Virus record (IMG/VR): IMGVR_UViG_3300037504_000748
Location: 1 to 59,722 of that record
Direction: 5' to 3' (one strand)
Source of the DNA: a virus
Taxonomy: Duplodnaviria > Caudoviricetes
DNA length: 59,722 bases
The notes below the pieces were generated by a model that did not search any database, had not been told where the DNA came from, and was given only the letters and a program-made list of their open reading frames with translations. The translations under genes were made by a program, and so were the position numbers. Below, in pieces: positions 23,760 to 33,612 of the stretch. Position 1 is the stretch's first letter. Each line of letters opens with the position of its first letter.

Positions 23760-25699
23760 TGCTCGATCAATTCTATTCGGAACAAGACCTCCCCACATCC
23801 CTTAATTTCCAGCGCGTAGGGCTCGATACCGAAACTACCGGTCTCAACCCCTGGACTGGTGACAGAGTGTTCTGTCTTTCTATCGTTTTTCCAGACGGCC
23901 GTAAGATCTACTGGCATAAGGATGCGTCCCCGGGTACACGTCATATCGTAGAAAAGATCCTCAAGGACACGAATATCCACAAGGTGCTTGCTAACGCTAA
24001 ATTCGACGATCGTTTCTTGCGCTTCTCCGGTTTCCCTGCTATCAGAGGGCCAGTGTGGGATGTCCAGATATTTGGACATCTCCTCGACGGTCGTGACGCT
24101 GGATCGGGGATCTCCCTTGAGAATCTCTGCCGTAAATATCTTCCTTTTGGCTTCCGTAAACTGAAAGAAGAGATCCACAAATGGTTCGAAGAAAACGGGA
24201 TGAAAGACAAGGCGGACCTGGACTTCTCCAAGCTGCCTCTTGACCTTATCCGTCGCCGTGTCGAATCAGATGCTGAGCTTACGCTCATGCTCTTCGATAA
24301 GATGTACACAACAGTTAGAAAGCTGTTCCCTTATCTCCTCTGGATGGAGCATGCGCTGCTTCCTGTTATCATGGAAATGGAAGATCGAGGCATCCCTGTC
24401 GATCCTGTTGAGATCGAAAAGCAGTATGAATACTTTACCTATGTCATCGATGAGGTAACTGACTTCTTTGAGTGCATGACTGGTTGGCATCACTTCAACA
24501 TCAATGCCACGGCAGATCAAACAGCTGCATTCGAGATATGTAACATCATGGAGTTCCTGGAACGCGACTCTTCCACCGAGCGTACTAAAGTCAAGAAGAC
24601 TCCTAAGCTCAACGATTTCAATCTCCGGAACACACATCACCCCGCCGCTTTCATGCTGCTCGTAGGCAAAGCATGTCAGAAGATGAGAGACACATTCCTT
24701 GCACAAGCAGATCGCTTCCAGGTCGACGGCATCTTGCACGCGCAATTCAATCAAATCGGTACTTGCTCAGGACGATTCTCCTCCAGCAAGCCCAACATGC
24801 AGAACATACCAAAGGATGCAGACCATAAAGCGACTCTAACTGAAGACGAAGCGCAGGAAATGCTAGACATCACAGGTCTTCAGTTTGCCCCGCATATCAA
24901 ACGCATATTTCGTACGCGTGAGGGCTACGTCAATATGCATTCCGACAAATGTCAAGCTGAGATGTGCGTTCTCGCTCACTATGCAAATGACTCTTGCCTT
25001 TCTGAGATTGTGGAAAGCGGGCAGAATATCCACTCAGGCTTGTGCAGGCTACTCTACAACGACTTCAATGACGGCCTCAAGACCCGAACCAAAGCAACTG
25101 TTTTCGGCTACGTCTATGGGGCGGGTTTAGCAACTACAGCCAAGAAGATCAAGCAAGGTATCGAGGTAGCACGCGACGCACGAGAACGGTTGAGTTGTAT
25201 GGTTCCCGGTCTCCCTAAATGGCGTTCATGGCTCGAGCATCAGATCCAAACGCAGGGCTACATTACCACTATTCACGGACGACGGCATTATCTACGCGGC
25301 TTCGAGTCCTATAAGGCCGTGAACCGTATGTGCCAGGGTACAATTGGCGACGAGATGAAAGGCCGGATGATCGATATCGATAGATATATCAAAAGAGAAG
25401 GCATTGACGCCGGAATGCTACTGCAAGTACATGACGATATCGGTATGCAAATAGAAATAGGTTCAGCTGCAAAAGTAATTCCTGAGATCCGTAGCATTAT
25501 GGAGAGATCGCATCATAATTACAACGTTCCTTTGAGAGCCGACTGTGCTGTTACTTATACGCGCTGGGCGGATAAAATGGGTGTCGAAAACCCTGATGAC
25601 CCCTCCACGTTCGATCGTGCTGCATTCGATCGATACCTCGAACCCAAACTACGAGAAGAGGCTGAAGAATGGGCCCAACTGCAGAAAGCATATTCATAG
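23759..25699 (+). CDS. polA: DNA polymerase family A with 3'-5' exonuclease and no 5'-3' exonuclease
   Basis: LDTETTGL, NAKFD, SGRFSSSKPNMQNIP, D..QAE, KATVFGYVYG, GRR, QG, VHDD. Confidence 0.92.
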   Translation: MLDQFYSEQDLPTSLNFQRVGLDTETTGLNPWTGDRVFCLSIVFPDGRKIYWHKDASPGTRHIVEKILKDTNIHKVLANAKFDDRFLRFSGFPAIRGPVWDVQIFGHLLDGRDAGSGISLENLCRKYLPFGFRKLKEEIHKWFEENGMKDKADLDFSKLPLDLIRRRVESDAELTLMLFDKMYTTVRKLFPYLLWMEHALLPVIMEMEDRGIPVDPVEIEKQYEYFTYVIDEVTDFFECMTGWHHFNINATADQTAAFEICNIMEFLERDSSTERTKVKKTPKLNDFNLRNTHHPAAFMLLVGKACQKMRDTFLAQADRFQVDGILHAQFNQIGTCSGRFSSSKPNMQNIPKDADHKATLTEDEAQEMLDITGLQFAPHIKRIFRTREGYVNMHSDKCQAEMCVLAHYANDSCLSEIVESGQNIHSGLCRLLYNDFNDGLKTRTKATVFGYVYGAGLATTAKKIKQGIEVARDARERLSCMVPGLPKWRSWLEHQIQTQGYITTIHGRRHYLRGFESYKAVNRMCQGTIGDEMKGRMIDIDRYIKREGIDAGMLLQVHDDIGMQIEIGSAAKVIPEIRSIMERSHHNYNVPLRADCAVTYTRWADKMGVENPDDPSTFDRAAFDRYLEPKLREEAEEWAQLQKAYS

Positions 25700-26280
25700 G
25701 AATCGACCCTAGCGTCCGCAAGACAGGACTAGCGATCGCAAACGGGGACGATCATATCTCTGTGCTCAAGATCAACTGCAATGATGCAGGCGCCTATCAG
25801 ACACGTGCACTCTCCATAGTCCATACTCTCGGATTGGCTATTCAGGAGGTCTTACAGATATATGATCCGAATGATCGTAAGCAGCGCCATCTTATCTGTG
25901 AGTGCCCCGAACACTTCGACAGCGAGAGGGGCCATGACTCGGCACAAAATGAGGCCGTGCAAAAGCTCTATCTCGAAGTAGGCGCCATCATTCACATGGC
26001 TCTTTACTGGCCGGGCCTCAACTCCGTCTCAGTCGTCAACCCGATCAAGTGGAAGGGTAACGTCAAGAAGCACCTGATGGTGCGCAGAGCGCAAGGGTGG
26101 ATCGAGCGTAAATACAACCAGCGCATACCTCTCTCGCAGCTTACAGATGACGCAGCAGAAGCAGCTCTTCTCGTTCGTTACTTGATGAAGAACCAGGGCT
26201 CTGTTACTGCCTTTACTACTCTTCGCAATAGCCGTAAGGCTCTTTGGCAAAAAACGGTTGACATAGAGACGATCACCTGA
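25669..26280 (+). CDS. RuvC-like Holliday junction resolvase
   Basis: IGIDPS..TGLA, ICE, PIKWKG, DDAAEA. Confidence 0.8.
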   Translation: MGPTAESIFIGIDPSVRKTGLAIANGDDHISVLKINCNDAGAYQTRALSIVHTLGLAIQEVLQIYDPNDRKQRHLICECPEHFDSERGHDSAQNEAVQKLYLEVGAIIHMALYWPGLNSVSVVNPIKWKGNVKKHLMVRRAQGWIERKYNQRIPLSQLTDDAAEAALLVRYLMKNQGSVTAFTTLRNSRKALWQKTVDIETIT

Positions 26281-26295
26281 GCGCGGTATGTGCCT

Positions 26296-29200
26296 TCAAT
26301 CGTTTAGAGAAATCGACTCGCTCGTCGAAACGCTGATCGAGTCGATCCACACGGCCTCAGAGCTGCCAGCTGTTTCGCCGTAAATCCCTACTTTTCCTGG
26401 GCTCTGAATGAACTCGTCAGAGATCGACAGCGTATTTCCGTCCACAATCGCTATCAGATTGTTTGAGCTGTTTGAATCGTATTGAATAGACGCAGACACA
26501 AAGCTGCCCGGTATGTAGTTGATGGTAGTTGACACAAGTGTGGTTTTGCTGTTCAGACCGGTCAAACTGTCGTGCCACCAACGCACGATGCGCATTGTTG
26601 CTGCAGACGCTGACGCTGGCTCCATCTCCACGCTGTAGCAATAGATCCGGCCGTAGTATGCATCACTACTGTCCAGATGGAGTAGCAGACCGATCTTGCT
26701 TCCCACATCATCAGCTGCAAAACTCGCATCGACCGACATGTTCAGCAGACCTGGATTCGAATCCCATCGCTCGAGCCCGTACGTCGTGCATTTCGCCTTG
26801 TTGCTTTCGATATCCCAGCCGTTACCGCTCTGAATCATGATGTCCCAATGCGACCCAAGGTTCGAGTCATCAGCTCGCTCAAATGTCTCTGGGACGTAAA
26901 ACAAAGCACGCCAGTCAACATAGCCGTTGCTGGGGTCCCGTTCTCCTGGGAGAACCGCTCCAATTAGATCGTGCTGAAGACGAAGGCGTCGAGAGATATT
27001 GAACGGCGAACGTACAACCCCGTCTGTCTCGAGAACGGTTGATCGGATACGAGGGCTTGCGAACAGTCCTCCGTCCAGCAGTGATAAGTCTGTTTGACCA
27101 TATGGCAGATGTGTCAAAGTGCTGTCGTGGGCGTAGTTCGAACCTTCTGCACCAGCTTTTTCAATCCTTAGCTCCAGGTACTGTCCTCCCACATGAATTA
27201 AAGATACCCGAAGACTAATGTCGTAGCGCTCATGAGAGACATCCCTTACATTGTTCATACCCCAGTAACATATTACCTCGACAGACTGGAGGAGTGTCGA
27301 ATCGTTTTGCCACTTCTCCAAACGTAATACAGGGTCGTGATCTGCATATGAATCGTTGAGGTTGTACATACGCGACGTGTGCGGCTTAGGGGCCACGAGT
27401 AAGAAGTGCCAATCCTCAGTCGAGCAGTCGAGTTGGGCGATCACCATGTCCTCGTCCAAGGTTCCGAAGTCACCGATCGGTAGCCATTCAAGTTCAACGT
27501 AGAAATTGTTCGGGTCAGAAACAGCTGCAGTCCATTTGGCGCTTTCGATAGCTCTCGTCCCCTCTTCTGCCGGGTGCCATGTCATAGGACGCTTGCCTGC
27601 TGTTAGCATCCAGTTCTCTAGCACTAAGGGCTGACCATCAGTGTACGTCCGCATGTATAAACGCCCGCCATCTTCAAGCCTCGAGGTATATCCGGAACTC
27701 AGATCGATAGACGCACGATATTCATGCGTCCCCTTTATTGGAGCTGTCGTGTAGTAGTTTCGTACTCGGCGCGTAATATCCCTGCAATCAACCGCGTCGT
27801 CTTTGACGTTGAACGTCAAACGGTTGTACCCTGAAGTGTTCGCCTCAGCGCTTCGTGCCACAGCGGTCGCTGCGATACCTCCGGTGTTCGCAAGCGAATC
27901 GCCAACCCCTATCTCATCTTTGAATGTCATCTGATTGACAGCGGTCCAGCGTATTTCACCGTCTGCAGTCAGACGCGACGTGCTGAAATCATCGACGTAC
28001 AGAGCAGGCGTTGCTGTCAGGCCAATCTCATATGAAATCGATATACGCACAGGATCGGTCCCCGCTACGTAAAAACGCCATGTAGCTTCAGATAGCGGAC
28101 CGACAAGCGCCAGTGAACGCAAGGTCGTATCGCCGCTAGCGTCGTGCCGAATGATGCTCAATGTCGAAACTGATTCCTGCCACTCTATACGGTAGTGATA
28201 GGTAGTGGACGAGTCGTATCTCATTCGCAGCGAGAAATCGGCTGTCGTGCCCCATGCGATGGTAGCGCGAAATACCGACGTGGCACCTTTGCCCGAGTAT
28301 GAAGGCTGCCATCGCAGGGTCGTCCCCGCATTGACCGTTAGCTCACCGTCGGACGGGTAGCTCACACTCCCTGCCAGGATTGTGTAAGAGTCTTCACCGG
28401 AGACGCAGCTATCGAGAATCGTCTCCTCTGTGTCGGCTTCTATGCGACTCGAATAGCGCAAGTACCCGTAAGATACCTGCGAAGGATCCCCTATCAAGTT
28501 ATCGAATGGGTCGTACATATACACAGTGGCAAGGAGCTGAGAAGACGCGTCCTCGCCTCCGACAAGAAGCGCCATAGAGACCCCTTCGTCGGACATGTAT
28601 GGTGCCATCGCTGCCCCGACAATTTGCGTGGACCACAGGGCCGGCCCTGAATACTCCCCGATTTCGACATCATCCACAGAATTATTGACTGACGTCTCTA
28701 CCAGCTCCGTCGATCCCGGGGTGTACGCGTATACAACTGTACTCAATGTTCCGTCGGATCTCTTACCGCAGAAAACCATAACGCGATCCAAAACTTCATC
28801 GTAGCATAGGCTCGGGGATTCCAGACCGATGTACGACGCAGGCACTACGAGCCCTGATACGCTGGTCACAGAGAACGATGAAATATCCCACTCCAGCACT
28901 CCAAGATGGTACGTACCTCCTGTTGTTATCCCCCCGATGATGTACGCTTTCCCCGTATGATCTCCCGCGTGCACGTACGCGCATCCGCATTGCGTCAAAG
29001 CAAACGGCATTGTCGTAGAGGTATACGTGTCTGTGTTAGGATCGTATACGACAGCGCCCGACTGAGCGGTTGACACGTTGCTCGTTGTTTGTCCGCCGGC
29101 ATAATACGTGCGTACGTCGGCGTGAGAGGTCACAGCTAAACTATTGTCGCAGTACCCGGCGTAAGCTATGCCAGACGGTCGAGTTGTCTTCGCTGTCTCG

Positions 29201-30843
29201 GATGGTGTTCCGCTGAGGGCCGAAACCTCTGTCACTAAAGTAGTATGGCTGCCGTCAGATTTCACGCCGCCGATCAGTACGATCGAGTCTTCTGCGGCTC
29301 CTGGAGACGCGATGGCCCCTCGAAGACCATCGTGAGTAGTCAGAGAAATCACGGCAGGAGACAGCTTGAACGAACCGTACGTTTGACTGATATCAATTAG
29401 ATCAACCGTTCCTTCGCGTAACAAAGCAAGAGACGCGTTATCCGTAACAGAGGATAAACACATTGAAATATATGCAGCTGCTGACGGCAGTTCTATGCTG
29501 ATAGCTGCTTCGTATTCTACCGCAGCACCGTGATAGTCGTGCACTCTATCGCGACGTTTGCGCGCGATTCTAGCACGCCCAAGACGCGTCCACCCCGGAC
29601 GAAGTTCGTCAGGTTGCCATTGATCAAACCCGCTATTATTCAACAGGTTCGTCGCTGGCAACCCTTCGACGTACACAGCGGAGCGTTTCTGGCACGACCC
29701 AGTGGTCATCACCATTGCTGCGGAAAGTATGTAGTCCATTCTATAATTGCATGCGCCAGCATACGTCTCCGTACGTGCCAGCTCGGCCCTGGCAGCTTGA
29801 ATCTTGTTTTCTTCTGTCACAATAGAGACGCAGTTGAGAGGTGACGGGCGAGTCGAGAAATACGGGTGCAGATGAGGGCGCTTGCGCGAGCGATAGTACC
29901 TGATATACAGCTCGGGATCCCCATCCTCTTCAATTCGACGACGCTGCGCTGACAACTGGGTCTTATGCAATAACTGATCGGCGTACGTGTACAACCAGTC
30001 GTATGCGTCTTGGTCTCTCCAGCATCTGTCTCGCGATTGATATCGCGAACCGTCTCCAGCGGTTGAGTGCATATCTAACAAGAATTTAAAGTCGGCGTAA
30101 TGACCTCTGCAGCCGGTGCGCCAATACTTCAGCAGCCCAGCAACCTCTCCTGGCTGCTCTGGGTACGCGCCCTTTGATTCGGACGCACTAGGGTTGTAGT
30201 CCGCCCAGAACCAGTCAAAGACTCTGTTGCAATTGATTCCAACATAATTGACCCCGTCAGTGGACAACTGCAACTGACGAGTCAAACGGTTGAAATGAAC
30301 GATGCCGTCCGGGTTGATTGCTGGAACGAAGAAGATCGTCCATTCGTCTCGGAACGCTGCGAAGGCGTCATGCGTGCACAACAGTTCGATGCCTTTAAAC
30401 GATCCCGGCAGTCCGTCCACCTCGTTGCCATGGACCGCACAGGTGACTACGAAGTGCTTCTTGTCGCATGAACCAAGGCGGTACCCATAGATCGCTCGTC
30501 CTTCCCAGGAGTACGATAGCAAGATGGGTTCAAGATGCACATGTTTCGTGGCTCGTTCAAGCTCCGTAACGAGATCGCGAAATGTCTGCGTTGTTTCTGC
30601 AGGGTAGTAGCAAGGGTCCCGATAGATGTCGTCGTACGCAGTATACCCCGTCGTGGACGGAAATGAATACAGCTTGGGTACGTTGAATCGTGGAGAAAGC
30701 AGCACGTCCGAATCGAATCGCGGGATATCAACTCCGCACCATTCACCCGTCGGACACCACGCAACAGAGTCGCGAGAGAATTCCATGTCCAGCCAAGACA
30801 GGTCGGTATATTCTCCATGGTCACGAGGGAGATAACGTTTCAT
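26296..30843 (-). CDS. Large tail-region protein: M14 zinc carboxypeptidase + Kelch propeller + beta-sandwich domains
   Basis: VHGNE, NPDG, NCNR, LDMHS, TEE; Kelch-like IGG/AGG/VGG repeats; ATG 30843 overlaps the upstream stop. Confidence 0.75.
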   Translation of the reverse strand: MKRYLPRDHGEYTDLSWLDMEFSRDSVAWCPTGEWCGVDIPRFDSDVLLSPRFNVPKLYSFPSTTGYTAYDDIYRDPCYYPAETTQTFRDLVTELERATKHVHLEPILLSYSWEGRAIYGYRLGSCDKKHFVVTCAVHGNEVDGLPGSFKGIELLCTHDAFAAFRDEWTIFFVPAINPDGIVHFNRLTRQLQLSTDGVNYVGINCNRVFDWFWADYNPSASESKGAYPEQPGEVAGLLKYWRTGCRGHYADFKFLLDMHSTAGDGSRYQSRDRCWRDQDAYDWLYTYADQLLHKTQLSAQRRRIEEDGDPELYIRYYRSRKRPHLHPYFSTRPSPLNCVSIVTEENKIQAARAELARTETYAGACNYRMDYILSAAMVMTTGSCQKRSAVYVEGLPATNLLNNSGFDQWQPDELRPGWTRLGRARIARKRRDRVHDYHGAAVEYEAAISIELPSAAAYISMCLSSVTDNASLALLREGTVDLIDISQTYGSFKLSPAVISLTTHDGLRGAIASPGAAEDSIVLIGGVKSDGSHTTLVTEVSALSGTPSETAKTTRPSGIAYAGYCDNSLAVTSHADVRTYYAGGQTTSNVSTAQSGAVVYDPNTDTYTSTTMPFALTQCGCAYVHAGDHTGKAYIIGGITTGGTYHLGVLEWDISSFSVTSVSGLVVPASYIGLESPSLCYDEVLDRVMVFCGKRSDGTLSTVVYAYTPGSTELVETSVNNSVDDVEIGEYSGPALWSTQIVGAAMAPYMSDEGVSMALLVGGEDASSQLLATVYMYDPFDNLIGDPSQVSYGYLRYSSRIEADTEETILDSCVSGEDSYTILAGSVSYPSDGELTVNAGTTLRWQPSYSGKGATSVFRATIAWGTTADFSLRMRYDSSTTYHYRIEWQESVSTLSIIRHDASGDTTLRSLALVGPLSEATWRFYVAGTDPVRISISYEIGLTATPALYVDDFSTSRLTADGEIRWTAVNQMTFKDEIGVGDSLANTGGIAATAVARSAEANTSGYNRLTFNVKDDAVDCRDITRRVRNYYTTAPIKGTHEYRASIDLSSGYTSRLEDGGRLYMRTYTDGQPLVLENWMLTAGKRPMTWHPAEEGTRAIESAKWTAAVSDPNNFYVELEWLPIGDFGTLDEDMVIAQLDCSTEDWHFLLVAPKPHTSRMYNLNDSYADHDPVLRLEKWQNDSTLLQSVEVICYWGMNNVRDVSHERYDISLRVSLIHVGGQYLELRIEKAGAEGSNYAHDSTLTHLPYGQTDLSLLDGGLFASPRIRSTVLETDGVVRSPFNISRRLRLQHDLIGAVLPGERDPSNGYVDWRALFYVPETFERADDSNLGSHWDIMIQSGNGWDIESNKAKCTTYGLERWDSNPGLLNMSVDASFAADDVGSKIGLLLHLDSSDAYYGRIYCYSVEMEPASASAATMRIVRWWHDSLTGLNSKTTLVSTTINYIPGSFVSASIQYDSNSSNNLIAIVDGNTLSISDEFIQSPGKVGIYGETAGSSEAVWIDSISVSTSESISLND

Positions 30844-32189
30844 TCGATCCTCCACGCTGCGTAGCGTTTGATCCACGACGACATCACACGGCACTCGCTA
30901 CGCCCTAGCGGCAAGCGACCGCATAACACAGCATGGACGAAGCCATCGAATGCCTGACCCCCTGATACATCCCGTCCAAGATACACGTATGGAGGGGTGC
31001 CTGACGGCATCGACCCGTTCACCTCGACTTCGATGGCCACGCCATCGACCGCAAAGATGTAGGAGGTCGTACCACCTCTCTCAGTTGACCACGACCAGCA
31101 GAATGGGATCGGTTCGAATCTGCTCCATCCTCCTGGGAACAGATGGTAGGCCTGCGTGACACCTACTGATTTCATCCATACGTACGGAACCTGATATGTA
31201 CTTGAGAACCCTATACGAATGAAGTTGCTCGTGTCGACCGCCCACTCTACGGCCACTGCTGACGGGATCGAAGGATCGTCCGATTCAATCCACGGCAAGG
31301 CGATTACACCCGCGAGATACCCGTTTTCGACGTATGGCTCGTAGTCGTTAGCTGAAGGGGGGTCTGCAGGTTGGGCAAACGAAGACAGTTTGACGAAACT
31401 GTCTCCACACGTTCCGGAAGTACCTGATGTAAACGGCACTTTTAGAAACGGCACCTCCGTATTTCCTGAGCCCACGCTCCACCAATACGGAGCCTCGATG
31501 TACACCGCAGCTCCAGCAGCTAGCATAATCCCTACGTAATGGTTGACCCCTGTGATGCTATGAGCATTCCAAACAACCCACCAATCAGATCCAGGAAGTT
31601 GTGCGAATCTCGTACTGCCGAAGTATGACGGAAGGTCGGTACCGTCCGTATCGAACGCAGTGATCCGAACGCTACTTTCAGGAGACGAACCGTCAGACAT
31701 CCGTACAAATACTTGCAGCATCCTCTTGTACGATGAACTAGACAATTCGAGCTTTGCAATGCCCGACTCAGCCGTATGTACATTGGTGAATAGTGGAGTA
31801 GTACCGACACTATGCCCAGCGATTGCAGTAGGGTCCAGCATCTGAACGGTTGTCTGGTCCGTTCTGGTTATCTCACTGTTCCATATTTTGTCAAATCCAC
31901 GATCTGTACGATCCCATGAATCCCAGTAGTTGGTAGGACAAGCGCACAGTAATCCATCGTCGTCTACCAAAGGGGAGGACGCACCACGGAGGACGAGCTC
32001 AGCCGTCCCAGGGTGGTATGTGCCGTACGGCAAATCAGCGGTGAACGCATCGGGATCGAATATAGCGTAGTCCGCACGTCCTTCAGGTGTGTCGATGACC
32101 CCAGAGCTCCTGGACTGCCATAGCCATGACGCCCCGTACATAAAGGGGTCGATATCTGCAAGAATTCCTCCTTGTTCGAGCTTACGCAT
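30840..32189 (-). CDS. Putative tail/receptor-binding protein (C-terminal LamG-like region)
   Basis: Position in the tail module; ATG 32189 overlaps the upstream stop; AVDG...YLG..GQAFDGFV. Confidence 0.55.
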   Translation of the reverse strand: MRKLEQGGILADIDPFMYGASWLWQSRSSGVIDTPEGRADYAIFDPDAFTADLPYGTYHPGTAELVLRGASSPLVDDDGLLCACPTNYWDSWDRTDRGFDKIWNSEITRTDQTTVQMLDPTAIAGHSVGTTPLFTNVHTAESGIAKLELSSSSYKRMLQVFVRMSDGSSPESSVRITAFDTDGTDLPSYFGSTRFAQLPGSDWWVVWNAHSITGVNHYVGIMLAAGAAVYIEAPYWWSVGSGNTEVPFLKVPFTSGTSGTCGDSFVKLSSFAQPADPPSANDYEPYVENGYLAGVIALPWIESDDPSIPSAVAVEWAVDTSNFIRIGFSSTYQVPYVWMKSVGVTQAYHLFPGGWSRFEPIPFCWSWSTERGGTTSYIFAVDGVAIEVEVNGSMPSGTPPYVYLGRDVSGGQAFDGFVHAVLCGRLPLGRSECRVMSSWIKRYAAWRIE

Positions 32190-33603
32190 CGTCCCATCCT
32201 GACGCCGTGACCTTCCAGTCCACCCAGAAGTCCATCTGATCAATAGAGCCCTGGTTCCATACTTTCCAGTACAGCGCATCAGGATCCGTAGTGGAATCGT
32301 TCCACCACGGGACAGCACGAACCTCTGTAACCGTCACGATCACATCGCCGTTGTACATTGGGGCGTCGATTGAATCGTATATACTTAACTGATCGGTTGA
32401 AGGAGATCGTCCTGAGACACGTTGGTATTCTTGAGTCGTCTGAGTCAACCGGTATACACGGCACAACGAACCGAGATCGAATAGTCCGACATCATCAATG
32501 GTCAGTGTACCCCCCGACGCAACATCGGCTGTCAGGTGCGTCCCTCGCATCTGGCCGATGACCTGAAATAAGCGTTCGCGCTCCTCATAGTTTTCGTTAG
32601 GGTAGCACGCGAACCGAAACGTAGAGTCGAAGTTTCTAGTATTTGAGCTCGCATTGAACGCCCATATATTTGCTTGTAAAATCATTCCTCTACGACCACG
32701 CATTGCCAATAATGATGACGTAGCAGAACCCCCTGGCGTAACATTGTAAACCTTTTGTGTTTGCGTCTTGTGCCGGGTTGACAGCATTCGCCATTTCAAC
32801 GCAGAAGGTGTATCGTCGTAGCATTCGTACAACTCACCGTATATCGTACGGAACAAATGACCTACATCGTACGTTCCTACGCCCCCTGTCGAAGGAGGGA
32901 CTGAAGACATACTACGTGTGATCGACACTGAAGAAGGTCCGAATCGACACGTGCTAGGAATTACCTGATCAACTCCTGAACGAGCTATAGCATTTTCGAC
33001 CTCTAAGCCCGTAGATTTTCTCGCCACCTTGACGCTCGCGCCAGAGTTGACCTTTACGCGTACGTCGTCACTGCTGAATTCGAGCCCCCCTGAATTAGCA
33101 AGAGCCAAACGGGTGGCCCCCGTACCGTCTCCTTCAAGCCCTTGGCCCAAAGGGGTCACATCCGAGTACGACGGTGTACCGGCAATCAAAACTGTCGCCT
33201 CTGCTGTGATGTCAACCGTGATAGCGTTGTCAGTGCTATTGTAAACCGTGAAGTACAGAGTACCGTTCGCTGTATCGGCGTAAAAACGTCGAGGTTCGTT
33301 TGACGCAAGAGAAACGCTTTCACTTATTTCGAAATGCTTCTCGGCGACAAGATCGGTATATGCGTTGTCGGCGTAAACCTGGACGTACCCTCCCCCGGCT
33401 GTCGCTCCTGAAATCGACAGACTGATGTACACGAGCAAGCCATGTTGCAATTTATACGGGGACGGTGTGATCGCCACACTCGCTGACGAGTTGGCAGACA
33501 CCGGTAACCCAGACGACGAGTAGTACGTCAAGCTCCCTTTCGTTCCGACATTGTACACCGTCTGCGTAGTGCCGGCAGCGAGCGTCTTCTTGACAGATCT
33601 CAC
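32182..33603 (-). CDS. Putative tail fibre or minor tail protein
   Basis: 473 aa, S/T/G-rich, GQGLEGDG fibre-like motif. Confidence 0.55.
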   Translation of the reverse strand: MRSVKKTLAAGTTQTVYNVGTKGSLTYYSSSGLPVSANSSASVAITPSPYKLQHGLLVYISLSISGATAGGGYVQVYADNAYTDLVAEKHFEISESVSLASNEPRRFYADTANGTLYFTVYNSTDNAITVDITAEATVLIAGTPSYSDVTPLGQGLEGDGTGATRLALANSGGLEFSSDDVRVKVNSGASVKVARKSTGLEVENAIARSGVDQVIPSTCRFGPSSVSITRSMSSVPPSTGGVGTYDVGHLFRTIYGELYECYDDTPSALKWRMLSTRHKTQTQKVYNVTPGGSATSSLLAMRGRRGMILQANIWAFNASSNTRNFDSTFRFACYPNENYEERERLFQVIGQMRGTHLTADVASGGTLTIDDVGLFDLGSLCRVYRLTQTTQEYQRVSGRSPSTDQLSIYDSIDAPMYNGDVIVTVTEVRAVPWWNDSTTDPDALYWKVWNQGSIDQMDFWVDWKVTASGWDDA

Positions 33604-33612
33604 TATGTCTCC

